Virus record (IMG/VR): IMGVR_UViG_3300031857_000076
Coordinates: 27,626 to 91,625 of that record
Origin: a virus
Direction: 5' to 3' (one strand)
DNA length: 64,000 nucleotides
Shown: positions 17,954 to 26,857 of the stretch, piece after piece
Layout of the letters: every line of letters starts with the position of its first letter
Numbering within the stretch: the first letter of the stretch is position 1
Notes under the pieces: generated by a model
What the model was told of the DNA's origin: nothing
Seen by the model: only the letters and a program-made list of their open reading frames with translations
The model's database searches: none
Translations under genes and position numbers: made by a program

Positions 17954-18524
17954 AAAATTAGCTTTTATACATATTCCGAAAACTGCTGGAACCACAATTG
18001 AAACAGCTTTGGGCATGAAAACTATTAATAATTTCTATAATGAATATAAGTTCAAACACTATTGCGTTTGTCCGCAGCACTTGACATGCGAAGAACTATC
18101 ACATGAAATTGACTTAGCCGATCTTGAACTATTTACAATTGTTCGAAACCCCTATGATAGATTGGTTTCTGAATATAACTATATTCAGAATAACGAATGG
18201 CTATTCAAACTCAAACACGCAACATTTAAAGAATTTATTAAACTAATTCCAAACTTGGACCAAGTAGAGAGAAAATACATTTTTGATGGTCACTTAGAGA
18301 CTCAGAGTTCCTTTGTTAAAGGTTATGAAGACAGAATCAAAATCTTTCATTACGAGAAAATAAATGAATGTTTTGACTATTTAAATTCTAAATATGGTCC
18401 GCTAGAATTTGGACTCGAAAGAAAACCAATTGAGAAAAAAAATATTAAATGGACGAAAGAACTAAAAAAAATAGTTCAATCAGTTTACGCAGAAGACTTT
18501 GATAGATTTAATTATAAAATGTAA
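17934..18524 (+). CDS. sulfotransferase family 2
   Basis: FIHIPKTAGTT, VRNPYDRLVSEY, H..TQ, EDFDRFNY. Confidence 0.88.
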   Translation: MPICQDKKLAFIHIPKTAGTTIETALGMKTINNFYNEYKFKHYCVCPQHLTCEELSHEIDLADLELFTIVRNPYDRLVSEYNYIQNNEWLFKLKHATFKEFIKLIPNLDQVERKYIFDGHLETQSSFVKGYEDRIKIFHYEKINECFDYLNSKYGPLEFGLERKPIEKKNIKWTKELKKIVQSVYAEDFDRFNYKM

Positions 18525-18767
18525 TCAGTTTTGATTTGCCTCAAAAGGCTTAAAGATTACATAATCTGGATGATTGTCTTTTTCTTTATACTTGTTTTTA
18601 AAAACAATAATATTTTGAGTGATTGTTTCTCCGTTTGAGTCTTGCAGCACTATCTTACCAGATAGATATTTGCTATTCTTGCCCTGTTTCAGCCACAGGC
18701 TCCCTAGATTGTTTTTGGACCAATTCGTAGAATTGCTTTGTTGCTTCGATGAAGTCTTTTCGTGCAT
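18525..18767 (-). CDS. small hypothetical protein (DUF736-like)
   Basis: LGSLW...KYLSG...FKNKYK...HPDY pattern; start uncertain. Confidence 0.55.
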   Translation of the reverse strand: MHEKTSSKQQSNSTNWSKNNLGSLWLKQGKNSKYLSGKIVLQDSNGETITQNIIVFKNKYKEKDNHPDYVIFKPFEANQN

Positions 18768-18879
18768 GTTTTGGAACCTTGTTGTATTGCTTCTTTAAAC
18801 GTCTATAAACTCTTTTGTTGATAGCGTTATCTTCTGCGTTAGTGATTGCTCTAAGTTGTTTTGCGATTGTTTTTCTCAT
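18673..18879 (-). CDS. basic hypothetical protein
   Basis: ATGA overlap with upstream gene. Confidence 0.6.
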   Translation of the reverse strand: MRKTIAKQLRAITNAEDNAINKRVYRRLKKQYNKVPKHARKDFIEATKQFYELVQKQSREPVAETGQE

Positions 18880-19331
18880 ATTCTTTTGATATACGATTCT
18901 GAATCTTTTTTAAAACCCATTTTTTGATAAATTTTCTTTAACTTATTAGATGTTGGATAGTTTTCAACACAGTTCATGATAACATATTCTATGCCTCTTT
19001 TTTGGGCAAATTTAATTGCTGTCTTGTATAAGGCAAATGATTTTTTTGGATTTTTACTAACCCAACAATATTCAGTAAACATTCTTTTGCCTAAAAATGG
19101 ATGCATACCATCCATAAACATAATTAAGCCATCCACTTGATTATTTTCAAAATTTGCCCAACAGTGAATACTATTATTTAGTAACGCTGGATGAGCAAAT
19201 GAATCAATGACACATTGAGGATTGATCGGCAAATATGCGTGTCCATATTTGGAGTTTTCCTCTTTAAAAATAGACTCTAAATCTCTGAAAGCTTTTTCAA
19301 ACTTTTGAGCAGATATGACTTTTTCAATCAT
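18876..19331 (-). CDS. GNAT-family acetyltransferase-like protein
   Basis: TEYCWVS, LYKTAIKFAQKRG, KIYQKMGF motif B. Confidence 0.7.
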   Translation of the reverse strand: MIEKVISAQKFEKAFRDLESIFKEENSKYGHAYLPINPQCVIDSFAHPALLNNSIHCWANFENNQVDGLIMFMDGMHPFLGKRMFTEYCWVSKNPKKSFALYKTAIKFAQKRGIEYVIMNCVENYPTSNKLKKIYQKMGFKKDSESYIKRI

Positions 19332-20062
19332 TTTGTCACAAGGGACAATAGCTTACGGCTTTCTTTAATTGGAATATCTTCGAAAGAGTTCCAATTTGCA
19401 GCCTCTTCATTCTTATAGGTTTCGTCTTTCCACATCTTCCTCAAATGCTTTTTGAAAGCTTCAAAATCTGCGCAGCCAAGATTTTGTTTAGCTGCATTCT
19501 TGAGAGCGTTCTGTGGTGTTAGCGATTGAACAATTGCTTCGCTTTCCTCATAAGCGACCTTGTTTTTAGACTTATCAATTTCATCATCACCAACAATATG
19601 AATATTGAGATAATTGCGAACAGCGCGAACAAAAGCGCGATTTTCAGCGATAGTCTCAAGAAACTTAATGCCAAAGCCTGAACAGTTGTCAAACGTGGCG
19701 TTTGCGGTGCTGCTGAAAATTTGGGAAATTCCATTTGTTTCATAGTTTGGCATCCAACGAATTTCGCAAACCGCTGTTGCGTAATTTGAAGATACAGTGT
19801 TAATTGTATAACGAACAGTTTCAAGACCACGAAAACGAGCTAGTTCTTTGATGCCTGCAAGCTTAATAAGAAGCTGATGATCACCAAGACCTTCAATTGA
19901 ATCTGGCATTTGCATTTTACGAGTTTCAAACCAATCCTTGTTAGGATATAAATGCTCTGGTTTGATCATTGCTCGCCAGTTAATTGAGCCGTCTTCATTG
20001 AATTTATATTCAACGCCTTCGATAAGGCCCATTTCGTTACGCTTGTATTTGTTAGGATTCAT
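19328..20062 (-). CDS. putative ssDNA annealing protein (Rad52/Sak/RecT-like)
   Basis: IKLAGIKELA...ATANA-like...IAENRAFVRAVRNYLNI resembles the annealase AETRA..RA.R motif. Confidence 0.5.
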   Translation of the reverse strand: MNPNKYKRNEMGLIEGVEYKFNEDGSINWRAMIKPEHLYPNKDWFETRKMQMPDSIEGLGDHQLLIKLAGIKELARFRGLETVRYTINTVSSNYATAVCEIRWMPNYETNGISQIFSSTANATFDNCSGFGIKFLETIAENRAFVRAVRNYLNIHIVGDDEIDKSKNKVAYEESEAIVQSLTPQNALKNAAKQNLGCADFEAFKKHLRKMWKDETYKNEEAANWNSFEDIPIKESRKLLSLVTK

Positions 20063-21215
20063 AAATAAAATAGTGATCTAAATCTGTCCAGAATGATTCA
20101 TTATAGATCACATCTGATGCTCTGTCAACAAAAACTTGATCACAATCAACATGAGCTTTGGAAGGATAACGCTTGCCGCTGGAAAAAATATCCTTTTTGG
20201 TCAAAAATTTCAAATTTGGAATTTGAGATAGCTCACTTACTCTTTCTTGATTTGGTGGTTCGTCAAGTTCAACTCTAAAATCAAAATAAAAATTACGAAT
20301 CTCTGCTAACTCTTCTTTATTTTTAGTTGAACAAGAAATATCTAAACCCAAGTTCTTGACTGATTCTAAATATTCTTTGGAAAAGTCTTTTGTGTTTTGG
20401 ATTTGAAAAGTGATTTTTTTGATATTGTTTTTGCACTGAGCTAAGAGATTAGTCTCAATTGGTTGACTCGCTATAACGTGGCAAGCATAGTTTGAGCACC
20501 AAGCAAGTAGATTGTTTTCATTATGAAAATAATCCATTCTGATATTGATGAGTCTATTTTTTAATTCTTCGGCAAAGCCATAAAAGTCTGGAATGATTTC
20601 AACAACAGCTTGTGAATAAAGTTCGCCAATGAATTTGGTGTTGATGCTTTTTGTGTATGGCACATTTAACAATTCACACACATTTTTAACAACATCTTCT
20701 GGCTTAATGGTATTGATTGATTTGGGCTTTTCGTGATAAGTGTAGCTTGGTTTACGGCCACCGCGATCAGCCTCTAAGATGCGAACTTTGCTTGGAGTGC
20801 TCCAATACGGATTGGCATGGCTTGGATAAATGTGAGAGTAAAGAACAACAATTGGCACATCAAAAGCGCTCGCTTGATGAACAGGAAAACTATCAATTCC
20901 CAAATGAAGGCTTGAATTCTTAACAATGTATGATGTTTGCTTTCTGGAGAAACCAAGGAAAGCTTTGTCAACAAGAGGCAACTGAGGATCATCGCCGCCG
21001 CCAATTTGATAAATTTTGTATCCAAGTGGTCGCAGCAAATTCTTCAAAAGCTCAATAACTTCTGGAAAGAACTCATAAAATTTTGAGTCAATTTTGTTAT
21101 CCACATGAACCGTGATATATTTATCGTCAATCACAGGAATGTAGTGGGTGGGGAAAATTGGTTTGCCGATTTTTACCCCTAAACTTTTAGCGTATTCTTG
21201 TATTAAATGACTCAT
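20052..21215 (-). CDS. GT9 (heptosyltransferase-like) C-terminal half plus extra domain
   Basis: Starts at HLIQEY; QIGGGDD, LGIDSFPVHQASAFDVPIVVLY. Confidence 0.8.
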   Translation of the reverse strand: MSHLIQEYAKSLGVKIGKPIFPTHYIPVIDDKYITVHVDNKIDSKFYEFFPEVIELLKNLLRPLGYKIYQIGGGDDPQLPLVDKAFLGFSRKQTSYIVKNSSLHLGIDSFPVHQASAFDVPIVVLYSHIYPSHANPYWSTPSKVRILEADRGGRKPSYTYHEKPKSINTIKPEDVVKNVCELLNVPYTKSINTKFIGELYSQAVVEIIPDFYGFAEELKNRLINIRMDYFHNENNLLAWCSNYACHVIASQPIETNLLAQCKNNIKKITFQIQNTKDFSKEYLESVKNLGLDISCSTKNKEELAEIRNFYFDFRVELDEPPNQERVSELSQIPNLKFLTKKDIFSSGKRYPSKAHVDCDQVFVDRASDVIYNESFWTDLDHYFIYES

Positions 21216-21216
21216 A

Positions 21217-21609
21217 TTAATCTCCTTTTTCAATGCGAATAGAATCGCTATCCTCATGGTGAGTGGAAAACTCAATAATTTCTGAATTTTCCAAAGCTAA
21301 TAGGCGATGCCGCAAACCAACTGGAACATGAAAAATATCTCCTTCATAAAGCTCTTGCATGATAGCTGCATTTATATCGTTGCCAGTTCCATAATAAAGA
21401 ACAACAGAGCCTTTGTTCACATAGAAGGTTTCAGTTTTCTTTTCGTGGTAATGCCAAGAAAGCTTTTTTCCTTTAAAAAGAAAAAGAAGTTTGCCGCAAT
21501 AATCATCGCGATTTACTAACCATTTTTCATATCCCCATCCTTTAGGGACATAGTGTGAAGTTTTGCATCCTTCTTTAATGAAATTGCAATTGAGTTCGGT
21601 CTTTTCCAT
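21217..21609 (-). CDS. cupin, mannose-6-phosphate isomerase-like
   Basis: PKGWGYE, LSWHYHEKKTETF, HRL, EFST. Confidence 0.8.
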   Translation of the reverse strand: MEKTELNCNFIKEGCKTSHYVPKGWGYEKWLVNRDDYCGKLLFLFKGKKLSWHYHEKKTETFYVNKGSVVLYYGTGNDINAAIMQELYEGDIFHVPVGLRHRLLALENSEIIEFSTHHEDSDSIRIEKGD

Positions 21610-23464
21610 TATGTTGATAGGTAAAATGTCTTTGTGTTGTGATGAAAGGTAAGAACGCTAGTTCAAAATATCCTTTGTGCTCACCTTGCCCTTCCAAGAA
21701 AAGAAGATTGTCAAAGATTGGCGAATATGGTAAAATTTTGTGAACGCATGGATGCTCATCTACAATCTCAAAAAACTGTGGCAGCGTAATAAAGTAAATA
21801 TGATGGTCTGGATAAAGTTCTTGCAAATTTTCTAGCAACGCATTCACCATTAATACGTCACCAGCAGATTGAGGCATAACAACAGCAATTCTTTTTCCTT
21901 CATCATCTTTATCCAAAACATCTCCAATATCAATTGTTTTGGGTTCAATTTTAGCAGCAGTATTTTTAAAATGATTTAAAACTTGCTCTCTATTAAGGTC
22001 TGATTTGAGCCTTTCAATCCAATGCAAGCAGCCTTGATGATTGCGATCAACTGTTTCTCCAAGAATATTCTTGTATAAGTCAATGATCCATTCACAATTA
22101 TCTTCAATATTTGGAGGTTGATAGTTGGGATTTTTAACTCTCTCTTGAATGCTCCAATCTTCAACAAAAGGCGCATTATCAAACATCTCTTCTAATTGCT
22201 TGCAAACAACCTCAATAGAGCAATGATTGATTACAAAATCTCTGGCCTTTTTGCCAATTTCAGCACGTTTTTCAGGCTTCATATTGTAAACTTTTTCTAA
22301 TTGTTTACAAATGCTAAATGCACTGGTTGATGCCTTAATAAATTGAGTTCCTGGCTCACGATACTCTGACCAATCCAAGGGCAAGCCTCCACTCTCATCT
22401 GTGCAGTAGTCTTCGCCGCAAGAATAATTTGTAACAAGCGTGATGAGTTCAGCGAGTTTGGCTTCTTGAACAGGAATCTCTTGTCCTCCGCTTGTGAATG
22501 GATGACAATAAACATCCATAAGATTATAAACCTCATTCAATTGAGCCTCATTGACTCCATGAACAATATTGGTTGTGGAAACGCTTTTTTGAGCTTTGCA
22601 GTATGGACAGTTCAAGTCTTGGCCCTGATATGGCTTAATTTCGTATTGGCGGCAATTCTTGCAGAAGTATGTTGTTAAAACATCAGAATTGTCAATATTC
22701 TTTTCTCTCAAGAGTCTTGGAATATCCCATCCCTCCATCCAGTGAGTATGAAGCAATAGCTTGGGTTTTGATTCTGGATTTTTTGCTTTGAATTCACAAA
22801 AACCATCTAAAAGATTTGGGACGCTTTTTCTAAGCTGATTGCGAAACACAAACCCAATAATAAAGTTATCTTTGATATTGAATTTTTTTCTCAGGTCGTT
22901 TTTAATTTTTGGACCAAGGTTGTAGAACTGGTTGACATCGAGAGTTCCAGGGAGTGTTCTCACATGGCCATATCCCATCTCTTTTAAAGCCTTTTCTGCG
23001 AACGAGGCCCATACAAGATAGTTCTTGACCTTTGGCGCTGCATCAACAGCGTCAGGAAGGATTGGAAGCGAATCTAGCGTGGTCCAAATGATTGAGGTGA
23101 TGTGATTCCACCAAGGCTTGTCACAAAAACCATTAAAGGCCCAAATATCTTCAATGCCAAGATAAACATCTGGCTTTAATTTTTCAATAGCATTGTCAAT
23201 GCCGTAAGCACCATAATGGGCCGCTCTTTCTTTTCCAGCGTCTCCCTTAATTTGTGCCATGACATTTGGATTTGGCATGGAACCATAGCACTGCCAAGGT
23301 TGAAACTTACAATCTGGCGCATCCCAAGGCAAGCCATTAGCGAATTCTATGAGTTCATATTTGCCAGTTTCATGCAGTTTGCGTAAAATGTTTTTATTAT
23401 TTTTCCCGAAGCCAGTAAAGAGTCGCGAAAAATTAGTATGAAATAGAATTCTTTTTTTTCTCAT
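21575..23464 (-). CDS. multidomain glycosyltransferase: GT4 + Zn ribbon + GT9 N-terminal domain
   Basis: TGFG, RNQLRK, YNLMD...GGQEIPVQEA; CKNC/CPYC; C-terminal IAVVMPQSAGDVL...LYPD. Confidence 0.8.
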   Translation of the reverse strand: MRKKRILFHTNFSRLFTGFGKNNKNILRKLHETGKYELIEFANGLPWDAPDCKFQPWQCYGSMPNPNVMAQIKGDAGKERAAHYGAYGIDNAIEKLKPDVYLGIEDIWAFNGFCDKPWWNHITSIIWTTLDSLPILPDAVDAAPKVKNYLVWASFAEKALKEMGYGHVRTLPGTLDVNQFYNLGPKIKNDLRKKFNIKDNFIIGFVFRNQLRKSVPNLLDGFCEFKAKNPESKPKLLLHTHWMEGWDIPRLLREKNIDNSDVLTTYFCKNCRQYEIKPYQGQDLNCPYCKAQKSVSTTNIVHGVNEAQLNEVYNLMDVYCHPFTSGGQEIPVQEAKLAELITLVTNYSCGEDYCTDESGGLPLDWSEYREPGTQFIKASTSAFSICKQLEKVYNMKPEKRAEIGKKARDFVINHCSIEVVCKQLEEMFDNAPFVEDWSIQERVKNPNYQPPNIEDNCEWIIDLYKNILGETVDRNHQGCLHWIERLKSDLNREQVLNHFKNTAAKIEPKTIDIGDVLDKDDEGKRIAVVMPQSAGDVLMVNALLENLQELYPDHHIYFITLPQFFEIVDEHPCVHKILPYSPIFDNLLFLEGQGEHKGYFELAFLPFITTQRHFTYQHNGKDRTQLQFH

Positions 23465-23465
23465 G

Positions 23466-23924
23466 TTATTCTGAGGCTTGGGCTTTTGATTCAAAAATTT
23501 TAACTAGGCAGGTTTCAAGAAACACTCTTAGAGCTTCTGCTTCTGAAAGCTCTACACCCATGCCAAATTTTTGATTGCCGTTGCGAGAAACAGAGAACGA
23601 GAAGGCATCTGCGCCATCTTTCTTTTTGTATCGAGTCCAAGAGATTTGAGTTTTATTTTCTTCAAATGAGTGAAAAGCTTTCCATTCGCCATAAGTGCGA
23701 ATTGCATGAATCAATCCACCAATCTCATTTTCGTTGAGCTTAATGGCTATGGTCTTTTCAGGGTTCTTTTGGTTGCCAGAAAATGATCCATTTTTTGTTT
23801 GCTCATTCCAAGAGAATTGTTGAATACCGTTTACATAAACGGTTGGTTGTCCTTTGGAAGATAGTTGGAAAGAAAAGGCGCAACCAGTATTTTTGCTATT
23901 TGGCTTGTAGAAGGCGAGATTCAT
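23466..23924 (-). CDS. hypothetical protein, possible Whirly/PC4-like ssDNA-binding fold
   Basis: Twice-repeated beta-strands followed by L...E helix. Confidence 0.45.
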   Translation of the reverse strand: MNLAFYKPNSKNTGCAFSFQLSSKGQPTVYVNGIQQFSWNEQTKNGSFSGNQKNPEKTIAIKLNENEIGGLIHAIRTYGEWKAFHSFEENKTQISWTRYKKKDGADAFSFSVSRNGNQKFGMGVELSEAEALRVFLETCLVKIFESKAQASE

Positions 23925-23938
23925 ATAGGATAGTAAAT

Positions 23939-24556
23939 TTACTGTTTCAAAAATCTATGATATAAAGCAATAGATTGATAATGAACAGAAGTAAATTTAT
24001 CCTTCATTTCTTTGGACCAAGACTCTCCAGTATATGTTGTGGCCCAAAGTTTTTTATCTCTTTCAATTTTTAAGTCAAATTGTTTTTCTACAAAATCCTG
24101 CGCTTCATGGTAACGATCAAAAACAAATACTTTATCAATAGCTAGTTCACCATTAAGGTGAGTGTATTCGTATTGATTAATGTAGTGATTTAAATTCTGA
24201 AATGAGTTCTTTTCATCTGATAAGATGAAGTGCTCCAATGAAGGAATCTTCATGGACGATTTCATCTGGTTATATAGGCTAGTAACCTGATCAAATGGAT
24301 TTCTTAATACAGTAAATTTTAAATAAGAATTAATCTGTAAGAATTTGTGATACTCTGAAATATAACTATGAGGGTGTCCGCGAGGCGTGTTTTTTTCTAT
24401 GCAACACATTGCGCCTCTGATGGTGAATATCTTATAAGAGTCTTCGTTTAAGTTGGAGCTTTCTGGAAGATGTTTTTTACAAATAGCAAATTCTAAACTG
24501 GAACCTCCAGTTTTAGGAATATGCACAAAGATGGTTTTATAGACCGAAAAAAACAT
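23939..24556 (-). CDS. sulfotransferase family 2
   Basis: FVHIPKTGGSSLE, LRNPFDQVTSLY. Confidence 0.82.
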   Translation of the reverse strand: MFFSVYKTIFVHIPKTGGSSLEFAICKKHLPESSNLNEDSYKIFTIRGAMCCIEKNTPRGHPHSYISEYHKFLQINSYLKFTVLRNPFDQVTSLYNQMKSSMKIPSLEHFILSDEKNSFQNLNHYINQYEYTHLNGELAIDKVFVFDRYHEAQDFVEKQFDLKIERDKKLWATTYTGESWSKEMKDKFTSVHYQSIALYHRFLKQ

Positions 24557-25116
24557 TATTCTAGTGTGAAGTGACAATACATGTTGGCATAATAATTGCC
24601 GTTAAACGATGTTTTACGTCCATGAAGACAGAGAGCAGATTCATAATAAACACATTCTCCAGGTTCTATTAAAACTTGATGCTCAACTCCAGAATGGTCC
24701 ACAATGTCAAATAGCCAAGGTTGCCCATCTAATGCCACGCTCATGTTTACACTAATATGATGCGTTTCTTTTTTATCCACATGCATTCCTAAAGTGGCCC
24801 CATTCTTATAGAAGCGAATGCCGTAAATGATTCCTTTGGGGTTTAGTTTTGCACCCGACCAAGATGAAAGAGCATCATACATTTCTAGTATAACTTGTTT
24901 TTTAAGTTCTGGAAATCTCTGCAAGCAAAGTAGGTCTGTGGCAACTTCAAATTGACTTGATTTAATCCACCCTTTTAAGTCTGGCTTTAGGGTATCAGAA
25001 TATTCTGGAACTCGCTCATTAATATGATTGGCCAAAACCTCTTGAATCATTTGCCATGATTTTTCTGGAATTTTTGTTTTATAAAAACCCTTATCAGTAA
25101 ACTTAGGGATGTTCAT
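24556..25116 (-). CDS. 2OG-Fe(II) oxygenase, prolyl-hydroxylase-like
   Basis: YGIRFY...MHVD (HxD), LHGR distal His, YANMYCHF. Confidence 0.8.
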   Translation of the reverse strand: MNIPKFTDKGFYKTKIPEKSWQMIQEVLANHINERVPEYSDTLKPDLKGWIKSSQFEVATDLLCLQRFPELKKQVILEMYDALSSWSGAKLNPKGIIYGIRFYKNGATLGMHVDKKETHHISVNMSVALDGQPWLFDIVDHSGVEHQVLIEPGECVYYESALCLHGRKTSFNGNYYANMYCHFTLE

Positions 25117-25496
25117 AATTCGACCTTAATGTTTTTGCTCTCAATGGTTTTAGGTTGCTCTGAGGCGTGTTTTGCACCATTTCTCTTTTTAGAATAGTCT
25201 TCCAAGTATTGCTTTTTAACAGGGTCAACACCGCCAGCTTTCTCTGCTCGTTGAGCACTCATTTCTGCGCTATAATTAAGCAAGTCTCCATAAGAACCTT
25301 TCTTGGCCGCTGTGCGCTCTACAAACTTCTGTTGACTAAAAGCATCCATCTTTGTATCAATGCTTGCATTGGGCGAAAAAAACACTCTGTCCCATTTTAG
25401 TCCATTTGAATCAACGAATTCATGAATGTCATTCATTCTTTGAATGATTTCAATCTCTTCACCAGTTTGCGGGTTACGATAGCAGTATAGCGGCAT
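25113..25496 (-). CDS. FmdB-like (degenerate Zn-ribbon) protein
   Basis: MPLYCY...TGEEIEIIQRM...W.RVF..P. Confidence 0.6.
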   Translation of the reverse strand: MPLYCYRNPQTGEEIEIIQRMNDIHEFVDSNGLKWDRVFFSPNASIDTKMDAFSQQKFVERTAAKKGSYGDLLNYSAEMSAQRAEKAGGVDPVKKQYLEDYSKKRNGAKHASEQPKTIESKNIKVEL

Positions 25497-25510
25497 AACC
25501 ATTTTAAAAC

Positions 25511-25538
25511 AAAAAAGCGGGTTTTTCAACCCGCTTTT
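25511..25538 (-). terminator. intrinsic terminator after the Hsp20 gene (possibly bidirectional)
   Basis: AAAAGCGGGTT-tttc-AACCCGCTTTT stem with T-tract on - strand. Confidence 0.8.
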
Positions 25539-25542
25539 CTTA

Positions 25543-25788
25543 TTATTGAATTTGAACAACTCTTGTTTCTTTTGGCTTTTGAGGAATCCTGATTTCTAGG
25601 ATGCCATCTTCAAGTTTAGCAGAAGTGCTGGTAATCTCATAAGCTTGAGGAATAGTTTCTGCAAGATAACTCGAACCATACTTTTCGCTATTTGCTGAAA
25701 TGATTAAGTAGCGGTTATCGAATTCGATTTGAATTTCGTTTTTCTTATATCCAGGCGCTTGGATTTCTAATACTAGGTCTTCTTTCAT
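25543..25788 (-). CDS. Hsp20/alpha-crystallin domain small heat-shock protein
   Basis: APGYKKNEIQI...SAKLEDGILEIRIP. Confidence 0.85.
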   Translation of the reverse strand: MKEDLVLEIQAPGYKKNEIQIEFDNRYLIISANSEKYGSSYLAETIPQAYEITSTSAKLEDGILEIRIPQKPKETRVVQIQ

Positions 25789-26855
25789 AGGTGAGAGATG
25801 ATTTGGTTAAGAGTGTTTTCGTAGGTTAGTTCTTTGGAGAGTTGAATGCCAGCCTCGTTAACTGTTCCAACTTTTTGCTCTGCTCTTTCAAACGCAGAAA
25901 TCACAGATTCCTTACTCCAATTCCACATATTTCCTTGATTATACATGTCATTTTCGCGGAAGAAAACTCCATCATAAATTGGAATCATACCATTAGGTTC
26001 AACAAGAATAGTGTTGGTTTCATTGGCCCAATCTTTGTGAGCGGTTGCATTCAAGACAATTGACCACTTACCTAAACAAGTAGCATTGAAAGCTGGCAAG
26101 TTCCAACCTTCTGCTCCACTCAAGCCAGTGAGGTCAATGTCAATAGCATTGAGAAAATCATTGACTTCCGCATTGGTTTGAAGGAATGGCAAGAAGTTGA
26201 TGTTGCTATACCTCTTTCCTCCAAGAACAGAATCATAAATCTGCTTCATTTGCTCATGCGGCAAGAATGGATTTGTAACGCAGCAACTTAACAAGTAGCG
26301 TGGATTATTACCATATTTTTCTAGCCAAGTTTGAATGATTTTAGCAGTATGTTTGCGATTTTCAAACTTGCCCATGAGTCCAAAGTGAATTCTTTCTGGC
26401 AAGTATTTTTTACCAGTGACATGAAAGGTTTGGTCAAATCCAAGTTTATATGAGGCGATGTTTTCGCAACCTTCTTTCCTAAAGGCATTTGCGGCATAAT
26501 CTCCACAAAATAGAGTTTTTGTCTGTAGATTGGAGAGGGCTTTTTCAACAAATGTTGGTTGAGACGCTTCGTAAAAAGTAATTAAATATTGCTTTTCAGT
26601 TTTGCGATTATCGCTACCGTTTAGATGCCAAAGTTTCAAACTTGGCACTTCTTTCTTCAAGTATAAGAACCGATTATTAACTGCGTTTTGAAGCCAATTG
26701 GAGAACTCTGGTTCAAGATTGTGAGCAGATGGGTCAACTTTTCCAATGGGGAAAAGACCAACTTGCATATTTTTGCGCCACATCTCGCGCAGTAGATTAA
26801 TTGCCACATTTCCAAAGGAAAGGGAATTAATTGGAGCTTCAACAATTAATTGCAT
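25785..26855 (-). CDS. GT4 glycosyltransferase
   Basis: GKFENRK, EGWNLPAFNATCLGK. Confidence 0.82.
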   Translation of the reverse strand: MQLIVEAPINSLSFGNVAINLLREMWRKNMQVGLFPIGKVDPSAHNLEPEFSNWLQNAVNNRFLYLKKEVPSLKLWHLNGSDNRKTEKQYLITFYEASQPTFVEKALSNLQTKTLFCGDYAANAFRKEGCENIASYKLGFDQTFHVTGKKYLPERIHFGLMGKFENRKHTAKIIQTWLEKYGNNPRYLLSCCVTNPFLPHEQMKQIYDSVLGGKRYSNINFLPFLQTNAEVNDFLNAIDIDLTGLSGAEGWNLPAFNATCLGKWSIVLNATAHKDWANETNTILVEPNGMIPIYDGVFFRENDMYNQGNMWNWSKESVISAFERAEQKVGTVNEAGIQLSKELTYENTLNQIISHL

Positions 26856-26857
26856 AA

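Noticed and set aside
24556-25116. 2OG oxygenase as a TET/JBP partner of the BGT-like gene
   Set aside because: Motifs fit a prolyl-hydroxylase-like family rather than TET/JBP, and no cytosine methyltransferase is adjacent; not fully excluded
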